This document shows positions 43,948 through 54,800 of a stretch of 64,000 nt of DNA, one piece after another. The stretch spans positions 839,749 through 903,748 of the forward strand of contig CAWFDW010000001.1 in NCBI GenBank assembly GCA_963814715.1. The letters are read 5' to 3'. This DNA is from an uncultured delta proteobacterium (GTDB taxonomy: Bacteria > Desulfobacterota > Binatia > Binatales > Binataceae). A program made the translations under genes and the position numbers. How positions within the stretch are numbered: position 1 is the stretch's first letter; each line of letters starts with the position of its first letter. The notes below the pieces were generated by a model. That model was given only the letters and a program-made list of their open reading frames with translations. It searched no databases and had not been told where the DNA came from.

Positions 43948-44412
43948 CTATTGCTTGCGCGCGCGGATCACGAGCACCGAGCACGGCGCGTTGCGCACGA
44001 TTTTCTCCGTGGTACCGCCCAGCAATGCATGCTCGATACCGCTGCGTCCGTGCGTCGCCATCACGATCAGGTCGATAGCCTGCTCCTTGGCGTAGTCGAC
44101 CAGCTTCTGCACCGGATGCCCGATCACCGAGAACGTTAAAACGTTCTTCGAATCGCCGAACTCATCCTTCTTGAGATGCGCCAGCTCCTCTTCGGCCTGC
44201 TCGAGCATCGCGGCCTCGCGCGCCAGCTCGCGGCTCTGCTCGACATTGGTCGCCAGGGGCAGCGGGATAAAATGGTGATGGGGCGCGATGACGTGCATCA
44301 GATGAACTTCGGCGCCGACATCTTTCGCCAGTTCCATCGCCGCGCGCATCCCATTCATCGAGTGTTCCGAGAAGTCGATTGGCGCAAGAATCTTCTTAAC
44401 GTTCTGAATCAT
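43948..44412 (-). CDS. Universal stress protein
   Basis: KKILAPIDFSEHS, DLIVMATHGRSG, LLGGTTEKIVRNAPCSVLVI. Confidence 0.95.
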   Translation of the reverse strand: MIQNVKKILAPIDFSEHSMNGMRAAMELAKDVGAEVHLMHVIAPHHHFIPLPLATNVEQSRELAREAAMLEQAEEELAHLKKDEFGDSKNVLTFSVIGHPVQKLVDYAKEQAIDLIVMATHGRSGIEHALLGGTTEKIVRNAPCSVLVIRARKQ

Positions 44413-44542
44413 AAGAGCCTCCAAGTATCAGCTCTTGCAATTACCACGCGATTCGCCGCCTCTGCAAACCCACCCCGGTCTATACCATCATCCGGTCAGT
44501 TCGCTGCGCCTGTGGACTCTGGCGTGTAAGGAGCCCCCACAT

Positions 44543-44726
44543 CCGGTTCCCCTTCCCGCTCGGGAAGGGGTTAGGGGTTAGGTTGTCCGCATCCATCAGC
44601 AATTTCAGTCACGCCGCGGCTCCTCCTCACCGCCCCCCGAAGAGCAAAGTAGCGCGCCGCGCGCAACTTTGCTCTTCACACTGGGTGCAGGGGTCACCCC
44701 TGCCGCCCGCCGCGCAGGCGATTGTG
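44543..44726 (+). repeat. Composite structured repeat, copy 2
   Basis: Closely matches 34118-34289. Confidence 0.85.
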
Positions 44727-44783
44727 CGCTTTGAGTAGTCTTCGCATTGTTTTCGTCGCCGCTTTCTTGTTAGGGGTGAGGTC

Positions 44784-45839
44784 ATGAAGGGAACAGTATT
44801 CCACGGACCCCACGATGTGCGCGTCGAGCAGGTCGACGACCCCGCGCTCCAATCTCCCACCGACGCGCTCGTCCGAATCACCCGCGCCGGTATCTGCGGA
44901 TCCGACCTCCACTTCTATCACGGCGCTTTTCCCATCGTGCCCGGCTTTGTGCTCGGCCATGAAGGCGTAGGGGTGATCGAGGAAGTCGGCAATGGCGTCG
45001 ACCGCCTGAAAAAGGGCCAGCGCGTCGTCGTGTCGGGCCTGGTCGCATGCGGCCGATGCTACTTCTGCCGCCGCGGACAACCCTCGCAATGCGCCGAGAG
45101 TGGCGGCGCGGTATTCGGCTACGGATCGAGTTCCGCCGGCAAGCTCGTATCGCTCGGCGGCGAGCAATCGGAAGCGGTGCGCGTCCCGATGGCCGACTAC
45201 ACTTGCTACCCGCTCCCCGACGCAATCGACGACGACGCAGCAGTCTTCCTCGCCGACATCCTGCCGACAGCGTACTTCGGTGCAATCAACGGCAACATCC
45301 GCCCCGGCGACACAGTCGCAATCTTCGGATGCGGCCCGGTAGGCCTATGCGCCGTGATGACCGCAAAGCTTTTCGGCCCCGCCGAAGTAATCGCCGTCGA
45401 CAGCATCCCCTATCGCCTCGAACTGGCCCGCAAGCTAGGCGCAACACCAGTGAACTCCGCGGATGCGCCCCAAACGATCCTCGATCACACCGAAGGCCGC
45501 GGCGCCGACGTAACAATAGAAGCAGTAGGCAACGAGGGTGCCCTAACCTCCGCAATAATGTCGGTCCGCGGCGGCGGCACCATCTCAGTAATCGGCGCCT
45601 TCGGCGCCCCATCATTCAATTTCCCAATCGGCTACGCCTTCGCCCGCGACCTAACCTTCAAAGTAGGCCTGGCCAACATCAACGCCCACATCCCGGAACT
45701 ATCCCGCCTGATAGAAAAAGGAACGTTAGATCCGCGCCCCCTAATCAGCCACATAATGCCCCTAGCGGATGCCGCCAAAGGCTACGAAATCTTCAACGCC
45801 AGAAAAGACAACGTAATGAAGGTCCTACTAAAACCCTGA
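44784..45839 (+). CDS. Zinc-dependent alcohol dehydrogenase (MDR)
   Basis: GICGSDLH, GHEGVG, CGRCYFC..C, LADILPT, GCGPVG. Confidence 0.95.
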   Translation: MKGTVFHGPHDVRVEQVDDPALQSPTDALVRITRAGICGSDLHFYHGAFPIVPGFVLGHEGVGVIEEVGNGVDRLKKGQRVVVSGLVACGRCYFCRRGQPSQCAESGGAVFGYGSSSAGKLVSLGGEQSEAVRVPMADYTCYPLPDAIDDDAAVFLADILPTAYFGAINGNIRPGDTVAIFGCGPVGLCAVMTAKLFGPAEVIAVDSIPYRLELARKLGATPVNSADAPQTILDHTEGRGADVTIEAVGNEGALTSAIMSVRGGGTISVIGAFGAPSFNFPIGYAFARDLTFKVGLANINAHIPELSRLIEKGTLDPRPLISHIMPLADAAKGYEIFNARKDNVMKVLLKP

Positions 45840-45878
45840 ACCTTCTACTCTTCCCCTCTCTACGTGAGCGAAGCTCCC

Positions 45879-46243
45879 ACATTTCCGGTCCCCCTTCCCG
45901 CTCGGGAAGGGGTTAGGGGTTAGGTTCCTGGCATCATTCGCGATCCTAAGTGTGCTCACTTTTTGTGTCATTCAGAGCCGCCGCGGCGAAGAATCCCGGC
46001 TCCTTCTGACTCCTCGCCCCGTCAGGGCGAGTACGAAGAGCCAGCCCTGAGCCCCGCCGAAGGATGAGGGTCCTTATCCAGCGCGCGATTTTTCCGCGCG
46101 CGATTCAAGATTCCGCTCTGCCTTCTACATTTCCGGTCCCCCTTCCCACTATGGGAAGGGGTTAGGGGTTAGGTCGCACGCATCATTCGCAATTCTAGTT
46201 CGCTCACTTTTTGTGTCATTCTAGAGCGCAGCGAAGAATCCCG
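45879..46243 (+). repeat. Two ~115-bp direct repeats, each a G-tail REP plus a GTCAT-class REP
   Basis: 45879-45998 and 46127-46243 share ACATTTCCGGTCCCCCTTCCC...GGGAAGGGGTTAGGGGTTAGG...GCATCATTCGC...GCTCACTTTTTGTGTCATTC..GCGAAGAATCCCG. Confidence 0.8.
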
Positions 46244-46347
46244 ACGACGGTGCAACCGACAAACCGCGGTTGTCGTGATGTAATCGACGCACTAGGACTG
46301 CTAGTATCGCTGCGGTCCGCGAGCGGAATTGGCCGCAAATCGGCGAC

Positions 46348-46954
46348 ATGAGAACCCATTTCAGTTTTCTCGACAGTATAGGCAAATTGAAAACTTCTCT
46401 AAGTGGAAACTGTCCCTCGCGTCGCGTCCTGGCGGTCGCACTTACTTTTATCGGACTCATCTACCTTGCTCCGGATGCTGCCAGCGCCGGATCGCAAAAG
46501 AGATTTCTGGCGCTCGGGACAGTCCAGCCTTCCCGTCTCGGTTGCGGGACCGGCGGATGCAACGCGCCCAAGGGGCATTGCTCATGCGTTGAGTGGGACG
46601 GACCCGGCCAGGCGCAGGTTTCCGGACTTGGAACCATCAAGGAGGTGAATGTCTCATTTCTTACCAATCTTGATAGCTGCGTCGAATCGCCTTCGCTTCT
46701 TTTCGGTAATTGCTGTCCGGCAACGGGTATCCTGGCAGTTCTTCAAGGAGCCTGGACCCGTCGCGTATAATTTCAACCTTTTGGATGCAACAGTCTGCGA
46801 GAGCCCGGACGAATTCAGTTACAAGGCAACGTATCAGACGCTGCCAAGTGAGGCCGGTTCGCCTATCAACGCCGGGACAGTGCCCACCCTCGGCGAGTTC
46901 GTGGGAATCGCACCAGTCCCGCCGGACGGCCATATCGAGTTTTTCATGAGATAA
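46348..46954 (+). CDS. Secreted Cys-rich hypothetical protein 1 (frameshift near 46737)
   Basis: Signal-like hydrophobic stretch; CGTGGC..GHCSC..DSC..CCP..VC; aligns with the downstream ORF. Confidence 0.6.
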
Positions 46955-46965
46955 GCAGTGGTTGA

Positions 46966-47547
46966 ATGAAGCAGATCACGATCAAATTGGCGCTTGGCCT
47001 CGGTTCAATCGTTTTCGTACTAGCGTCGATGAGCGGCGCGGGTTCGGGGCAGTCGTCATCAGAATCATTCGCGTCGGGAAAAGCTAAGTTTCTTTCAGGT
47101 CCGATCACCTCCGTCACCGCGCAGGGCACGATTCCTTTTCTTTCGACGTCTCCTGGAAGTTGTGACACCTTTGAATGCGCCGCATCACAAGGCCATTGCA
47201 GCTGCTCCAGGTGGCGCGGAGCCAGCGGAACTGACCTGAAGAAATTAGGTCGCTCGAAGGTTCAGACCAACATCAAGATTACTACGAACGAAGACGATTG
47301 CACCGTAACTCCCGACGGCTCTTGTTGTTCTATTGACGGTGTTGTCCAGTTTCAGCACAAGGCCGCTATCGCCAACCTGATTTTCACTGGAGAGTCATGT
47401 GCTGGCACAATCGCCGGGTCTTACCAGATGCTCCAGGGGGCGGGAGGATTTGCGGCGGCGATAGGTGTCGGAGACCTCCAGGGTAATATCAATTCAAGTG
47501 ACGGAAGTTTGGGATTCTCGATCATCGGGATCGCACAGTTCTTGTAG
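46966..47547 (+). CDS. Secreted Cys-rich hypothetical protein 2
   Basis: Signal peptide; CDTFEC..GHCSC..DDC..CCS..ESC. Confidence 0.75.
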   Translation: MKQITIKLALGLGSIVFVLASMSGAGSGQSSSESFASGKAKFLSGPITSVTAQGTIPFLSTSPGSCDTFECAASQGHCSCSRWRGASGTDLKKLGRSKVQTNIKITTNEDDCTVTPDGSCCSIDGVVQFQHKAAIANLIFTGESCAGTIAGSYQMLQGAGGFAAAIGVGDLQGNINSSDGSLGFSIIGIAQFL

Positions 47548-47729
47548 CCAACCACTAGAGGGGGGATGAACTTTTCAGCCTGATCACGCCGGATTTAACG
47601 TGCTAAAACTACTCTGTGTACAACCCTCACCACACCCCACACTCGCCAGCCTCGCCCGAAAATCGCGCGAGGCCCGTTGTGCAGGTAATGCCATTCTCCG
47701 ACGGAACAAAACTACCCGGCTAGCAATCA

Positions 47730-48503
47730 GTGGACACGCATGGCCAATACGAATCGCCTCCGTTAGTTGAAATCCGGACCCTGACCAAATCATTTGGCGG
47801 ATTCGAGGCGGTCAAAGATCTCAACCTCACGGTCTCGTCGGGGCAACTCTTCGCGCTACTCGGTCCCAATGGCGCGGGCAAAACCACGACGATCCGAATG
47901 ATGATGGGAATTCTGGCGCCCACCGCGGGATCAGCGCGAATCGATGGTCTGGATTGTTTCCGCGATCGAGTCGAAGTGATGCGCCGGGTCGGATATCTGC
48001 CCGACGAGCCGGTTTTCTACGACTATCTTCGCGGCAGTGAGATTGTTCGGTTCGCGGGCGAAATGCATGGGCTGCGCCGCTCCGAAATAGAGCTGCGTAC
48101 GTGGCCACTTCTGCAACAACTGGACCTGACGGATGCCATGGAGGAGTTCGCGGTCAACTACTCCCGAGGCATGAAGAAGAAACTTGCCCTGATATGCGCG
48201 ATGGTCCACGATCCCGCGCTCCTTATTCTCGACGAGCCGACTAGCGGCCTCGATCCTTTCGCAACCCGTGCTCTGCTTCGAATTGTCAGGGCCAAAGCAG
48301 CCGAGGGCAAGACGATCTTCTTCAGCACCCATCTCCTCGATCAGGCCGAGAAGCTCTGCACGCAGGTAGGGATCATCGCGCGCGGACGAATGGCGGCGCA
48401 CGGAACATTGGCTGAGTTGCGTGCCCGGCTCGCGACTGACAGTTCACTCGAGGAGATCTTTTTTTCTGTAGCCGGCGACGAATCCAAGGTGCCGGAGGAA
48501 TGA
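47730..48503 (+). CDS. ABC exporter ATP-binding protein
   Basis: GPNGAGKTT, YSRGMKKK, LILDEPTSGLDP, STH. Confidence 0.95.
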   Translation: MDTHGQYESPPLVEIRTLTKSFGGFEAVKDLNLTVSSGQLFALLGPNGAGKTTTIRMMMGILAPTAGSARIDGLDCFRDRVEVMRRVGYLPDEPVFYDYLRGSEIVRFAGEMHGLRRSEIELRTWPLLQQLDLTDAMEEFAVNYSRGMKKKLALICAMVHDPALLILDEPTSGLDPFATRALLRIVRAKAAEGKTIFFSTHLLDQAEKLCTQVGIIARGRMAAHGTLAELRARLATDSSLEEIFFSVAGDESKVPEE

Positions 48504-51128
48504 ACGATCGCCAACCACCCTCGGCGATGCGCGCAGTTTGGATGATCGCGCGCCTGACGCTCCGGCGGCGGCTAAACATTCTTCAAGCCGGCCGGGCTTT
48601 GCGGCAAACCCAAGACGAGCAACCGAAGCGCTCAGGCACTCCCCCGAGGTCGTCGGTTCTATCGCCTGCTCGCAGAGTCATGCTGGTAGTTGCGCTCGCG
48701 TTCATCCTCTTCGGTTCAATTTTTATGGCGCTTGCCGGGTTGGCAGGTCTCTCTGCGAGTTCGCAGGAATCGATTGGCAAGATCATGGTGAGCTCGGATA
48801 CCTATTCAAGGCTCGAGCATTCGGTACGCGGAATATGGTTCACAGAGCACATTTCCGATCCTGCTATGCGCGCATACTTCGAGCAGGATTGGGATCGTTT
48901 TTTGGACCAACTGTTCGCGCGTGAAGTGAGTGATCGGCCTTTTGCCGAACGCGACGAGACGATCAGCGCCGCCGAGATGCATCGTGTCTTCAGACAAAAA
49001 GCCTTGGACGGATTCGCAGCCGACCGCGCAGGATATCTAAACTCGCTCCCAACCTGGCCGTTGGAACAGGGTGCGAAGTCCGTCTTCGAGCGCTCATTGG
49101 GAATGATCCTGTTGCTGTGGGTAGTGATCTTGGTGGCGTTTCCGCTGGCGATGGGCAACAAAGATCTAGGTCAGGTCGAATCGACCTTGGAATGGTTATA
49201 CACATTCCCGGCGCCCGCGCGTGTGTTGTTCGCTTCGAAACTGCTCGAGTATTCATTCAGCGGCACCGGCTTGTTTTTTCTACCTCCCTGGTTTTCTCTG
49301 GTCTTTGTGGCCGCAGGATACGGTTTCGGTGCAGCGATTTTCCTGGGACTCGCCTCAACCCTCTTTGTTAATATCTTAGCCGGCTCGATTGTGTTGGTGA
49401 CCGAAATAGGGCTGCGGAAATTCCTGAGCCTCAGCCAAATCAAGAACCTACAGGCTTCGTGCACGATCTGTCGGAACTGCTGCTATTTTCCTCTACCTCC
49501 TGATTTTCGCCAAGCCAGTTGCGGACTTCATCGTCAAGCATGTTAGCGAGATCCCAAGGTTCCTTATCTGGAACCCTTTCTCTTTGCCTCTTTTGATCGC
49601 TGTTCCCGGGACACATCCGGCGCAACTTCGACTTGCCGGATTGGCGATGATCGCGGTGCCACTGATCGTTGGTCTATCGGCACTGTATGCGACCGATCTG
49701 CTGACCCGTAACGGATTGGTTACCGCCGGAGGAGGACCTTACCAAGGGCGCAGAGAAGGCCCGCGACCGGTGTCGCGTAGCAGTTGGTTGAGCGGCGTCG
49801 CAGCCCATGAAATTGCGCTGTTGCGTAGAGATAGAAATCTGCAGGCGCAGGTTTTGCTGGTTCCGCTCTTCGTGCCGGTCTTCTACATACTGATGAATTT
49901 GAGATTTTTTTCCGCAGTTATGAACAACTTTCGGTACGCAGCAGTGATGGCTTTCGCGGTTGCTGCATATTCCTACATGAGCAGCGCGGCGCTCATGCTA
50001 GGTCGGGAGAAGAAGACTCTCTGGTATCTGCTCTCGTTCCCGCGCTCGCTAACCTCGATCTTGCTTCAAAAGACCCAGGTGTGGGTAGTGGTAGGCCTGC
50101 TGATTGGAGGTGGGACGATTGCGGTGCTCGTTCATCTTAGTGGCCACATGCGCCTGAGCCTGGGGCCAGCACTGCTAGCGTTCTACGGCATCATTCTCTT
50201 TGGCTTTATCGCGGCGGCGCTCGGGGTTCTGAGCGCCGATTTGCAGAATGCTTCCTATCAGGGCCAGATGGCCATTGGCGCATCGTACTCGTATATGGCG
50301 CTTGCAGGCATGTACGCCACGACCTTCTTCGACTCTTCGATTTGGATCAGCGGAGGACAACTGATCCTCTGCAGTTTGATTGCGGTGGCTCTGTGGCAAA
50401 AGGTAGGTGACGCTTGTCCCTATTTGCAGGATCCAGCCGAGTTGCCACCTAGGAGGATTACTCTGGCGGACGGAGTGACTGCGGCATTCGCACTTGCCGT
50501 ACTCCAGGCCCTGATCGGCCGATTGCTCAAGTATGGTCCATCGCTTTCCCAGGCCGAACAGTTAACAATCGCGTACACAATTGCCGGGGTCATCGTCGCG
50601 AGCGTGGCTTTGCTTATCCTCTGGATGCAAGAGGTAACCGACCTCTGGCAAACCTTAGGTCTGGATTTACGGAGTCGAGAGACACCGTTGTCTCTGAAGC
50701 GATACTTAACTGGATCGGCGGGTCTGGGTCTGGCTGCGTCTTTGGGCGCATTGGCTTACACGATCATCGTAGGAGCGGTCCCTGAATGGCGGCAGTGGCG
50801 GCATGAGGAGACATTGAAGTCATTGGCGGTTGTCGCGACTCATTCCTGGTGGGGATGGGTAGGCTTCATCTTCGTGGCGCCTCCGGTAGAAGAACTCATC
50901 TTCCGCGGCCTTGTGTTTCAGGGACTGCGCCGAATCGCCGGTCCAATGCTCGCAATTGTCGGCAGCGCAGCTCTCTTTGCACTTTTGCATCCGCCGATCG
51001 CGGTAATCCCCGTCTTCGGCCTGGGTATCGCTGCCGCGATCAGTTTTGAATGGTCTGGAGTTCTCTGGGCTCCGATAATCACGCATGCCGTCTACAATAG
51101 CTGCGTTCTGCTTTTGAGCCTGTTGTAA
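48500..51128 (+). CDS. Multi-TM ABC permease fused to a C-terminal CPBP (type II CAAX/Abi) intramembrane metalloprotease (frameshift near 49468)
   Basis: Many TM helices, two permease-like halves; C-terminal EELIFRG, FALLH, HAVYN motifs; ATGA overlap with the ATPase gene. Confidence 0.8.
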
Positions 51129-51200
51129 GTTCGACGCCAGACTCGCATGGGTGAGCGCCAAGACGAGACAACGGTGTCACTGCAAGCGCGCGGAGGACAA

Positions 51201-51800
51201 TCACATCCTCGGCTGGTCATTCAGGAAATCTATTTCTTCCTGGGTGGATTGTCTTCCGAGGGCATCGTTTCGACCTGGGAACCGTCCAAATCGCCGGAAT
51301 ACTTCCAGATGCTGCTCCGCGTACAGGAGAATTTCGGCGTAGTCGCGATTTTCCGAGACCAGCTCGGACGTGAGCCGCACCGACTCCAATTGATCATTCA
51401 GATTTTCGCTATGTTCGAGTGGGAGGTACAGAAACATTCGCTTTACCGGGGACAACTCGCGGTCAAATCCAGCTGAGACAGCGTGGCGGGTGAGTTCACG
51501 CGCCTTAGCGTCAGTCGCGAACGCTCGTGCTGTGCCGCGGAACATGTTGCGCGGAAATTGATCGACCAGCAGAATCAGCGCGAGACAACTTCGTGGCTCG
51601 TTCTTCCAATCCTCAAGACGTCCCCGCGCGGCATCTTCGTGGCTGGCCAGGAATCGCGTCGTACAAAGCCTGTCGAATTCCGGAGTCGGGAAAAACCAGC
51701 GCGAATGAAGCATGCTTTCCCTGGAACCGGGTTCATCCGCAAACCAAAAGCGCAGGACCTTCTCAGCACCGGACGCAGAATTTTGATTGTCATCCCGGCT
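51201..51800 (-). CDS. DUF924 family protein (start uncertain)
   Basis: VLRFWF, LALILLVDQFPRNMFRG, FLYLPLEHSE, RFGRFPGRN. Confidence 0.88.
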   Translation of the reverse strand, partial: SRDDNQNSASGAEKVLRFWFADEPGSRESMLHSRWFFPTPEFDRLCTTRFLASHEDAARGRLEDWKNEPRSCLALILLVDQFPRNMFRGTARAFATDAKARELTRHAVSAGFDRELSPVKRMFLYLPLEHSENLNDQLESVRLTSELVSENRDYAEILLYAEQHLEVFRRFGRFPGRNDALGRQSTQEEIDFLNDQPRM

Positions 51801-51830
51801 TCACTCACGACGATATCTCGCTTCAATCAA

Positions 51831-54800
51831 CTAGCCTCGTAACTCTTCCGTCAGTGCCTTGGCGTCCTTCAGATCCGCTGTGTCGAAGCCCTCGGAGAAC
51901 CAGTTGTAAATTTCGGCGAGCATCGATCGCGCGTTCGTCGCGCTCGCCTTGCTTCGCCAGCAGGCGAGCGAGACTGGTCGTCGCGCGCAGTTCCCATGAC
52001 TTGGCGTGCTGCTTGCGCGCAATTTCGATCGCGTCGCGGAAAGATTGCTCCGCTTGCGAAGCGTTCGAAGCACTCTGAGCCAGCATCAGTTCGCCCCGCA
52101 GGCGACGGAGCTCCGCCGCATAGTATTGTTGGCCGGTTCTCTCGATGAACTCGAATGACTCGTCGACCATTCGAAGAGCTTCATCGAACCGGCTCAGCCG
52201 TCCCAGAGCGGTGGCGACAAAGGTGAAATACCGGTCGCTGATATACTCGGAACCGGCGGCCTTCAACTCCGACATATGATGTTTCATGCGCGCGATGCCG
52301 CCATCGAGGTCGCCGGCCAGCGCGTCTGCCCATCCTAGATAAATCTCGCTCAGGACGCGGCCTGTGAAGTAGCCCGATTCGGTCGCCAGTAGCAGCCTTG
52401 CTGCTGCCCGCGCTTTCATCTGCTCAGGTTCGCGACGGAGCTCGTAAATGTAGGTGGCGAATCCGTGGATGTCCGCCGTCATCGTCTTTGGCCCGGAATG
52501 CGCGATTGCGGTCGCGATATTCATTCGCTCGAGTGCGCGATCCGGGTAACCAAGGAACCACAGGTTCCATCCCGACAAGACGCGGTTGTTTTGCCGAGTC
52601 CCCGAACGCCACTCGAAAGCCTGGGCTTCCGTCATTTGCCCAGCGCGCTGCGCTGTCGGGCCCGTAGCCGGCTTTGCGATGGATTCCAGCAGCGTCCATG
52701 CCCGGTCGAGGCCTTGGGCGGCGTGCTCGAAGTCGCCCGAAACCATCTTGGCGTACGCCAACCAGTTCGCCGCTTCGGCAATATGTTCGGCTCTCCCATG
52801 TTCTTCTGCCCGTGCAACCAGTTCGGCGCTTATCGCCTCGGCTTTGCGCACATCTGGACGGAGTTGTTGAACGAAAAAGATTGGGAAGAGCGCCGCCCAG
52901 GTCTTTTTCCGGTTAATGCCCGACCGCTGGCAAAGCTCAAGTGCGCGCGCCTGCGACTGCTCGACTTCATGCGAGCTGTAGCCCTTGCTATCACCCATCG
53001 GCCCGACGACTTCGATCCTGAGGTCCAACTCCAGTTCGGCGCGCCGGTCGTCGTCGGGGAGCTTGTGCAACTGTTCAAGCCCTTTCTCAAACTGTGCGAC
53101 CGCTTCGGCGTTAGAGCCAAGGTCGGCGCATTGACGGACCGCGCGCAGGCAATATTTCACCGCCTTAGCCGGATTGCCGCTGCGCGTATAGTGATGAGCC
53201 AGCTTGGCAATGTGGTCGTCGAGGCTGTCGGCATAGGTTGATTCCAACGCCGCGCCGATCCGCTCGTGCAGCAGGCGGCGGCGTTCGTTAAGCACAGAGT
53301 GGTAGGCAACGTCGTGGGTCAGCGCGTGCTTGAAGGTGTACTCGAGGTCGCCGACCGAGGGCTGCTCGTAGATGAACTCGGCGAGCTGGAGTTCGGATAG
53401 CATCGTCTCTATTACCTCGCCCGTTATTTCACGGGAGAGGACGCCGTCCACGTCGCGGCCGGTGGGTGAGGGTTCTCCTCCCGCTTCCTGATCCAGGACT
53501 TTGCTGATGAGTGCGAATTTGAACTCCGTGCCGATGACCGCGAGCGTCTGAAGCAGATCTTTGTGATCCGGCGCGAGCCGGTCGATGCGCGCCGCGAGAA
53601 TAGCCTGCACGGTCGGCGGTATCTTCAGCTCACCAAGCGACCTGGTGAGTTTTACCGTTCCGTTGCGCACCAGCGCGCCCTCATCGAGCAGCACCTGCAC
53701 AGTCTCTTCCATGAAAAACGGATTGCCCTCGGTTTTTTCAGTGATCAGTTTCTTAAGCGGCTGCTAGTTGCGGGCTGTCGCCGAGCAGCGCCGATAGCAT
53801 CTCGTCGGCGCTTTCTATTCCGAGCGGGTCGAGCCGCAGTTGTGTGTAGTAAGTCTTGTTGCCCCACTCATGGCGGTACTCGGGCCGATAGTTGAATAGC
53901 AGCAGGATGCGCGCGGTGCCGATTGAGTCGGCGAGCAGGTTCAGGAATCCCTGCGTCTCGTTGTCGATCCAGTGAAGATCTTCGAAAATCACGACCAGCG
54001 GCTGGTTGAGGCTTTCGCGCAGCAGGATGCGCTTGATCGCATCGAGCGAGCGACGCTTGCGAGTCTGCGCCTCGACCTCGGCAACCTGGTTGTTCTCGTC
54101 AGTCAAACCGAGCAGTCCATAGAGGTACGGAAGTGCGTCCTCCAGCGAGCGATCGAGCGCGAGCACCCGCCCGGTTACTTTCTCGCGTCGCGTGCGCTCG
54201 TCATCCTCGGGAGTGATCTTGAAATAGCTCCGCAGCAGATCGATCACCGGCAGAAATGCGGACGCCTTGCCGTGCGAGACCGAGAATGCCTCCAGCACCA
54301 TCCAGCCCGACTGCGAGACCGCTTTGAACTCGAAGAACAGGCGCGACTTGCCGACTCCCGCCTCGGCCATCGCCGCGACAATCTGCCCGCGTCCGGCCTT
54401 GGCCTGATCCGCCGCACGCTTCAGCGATTCCATTTCTGCCTGCCGACCCACGAACTTCGACAAGCCGCGCCCCGCCGAGCGTTGCAGCCGGGTTCGCAGG
54501 GGACCGAGACCGATCACCTCGTAAACGTTGACCGGCTCGTTCACACCTTTGATCCTGGTCGGACCCAGCGGCTTGAGCTGAAAGTATCCTTCGACCTGTT
54601 TGCGCGTCTGCTCGCTCACCGCGACGGTCCCGGTTCGCGCAAGCGATTGCAGGCGCGAGGCCAGGTTGGTGGTGTGTCCGATCGGTGTGTATTCAACCTG
54701 CCCATCGCCGGTTGCGATCGAGCGGACCACGACTTCGCCGGTGTTTATGCCGACGCGAATCTCGATCGGTGCGCGCCCTTCGGCCTGGAGCTTCGAACCA

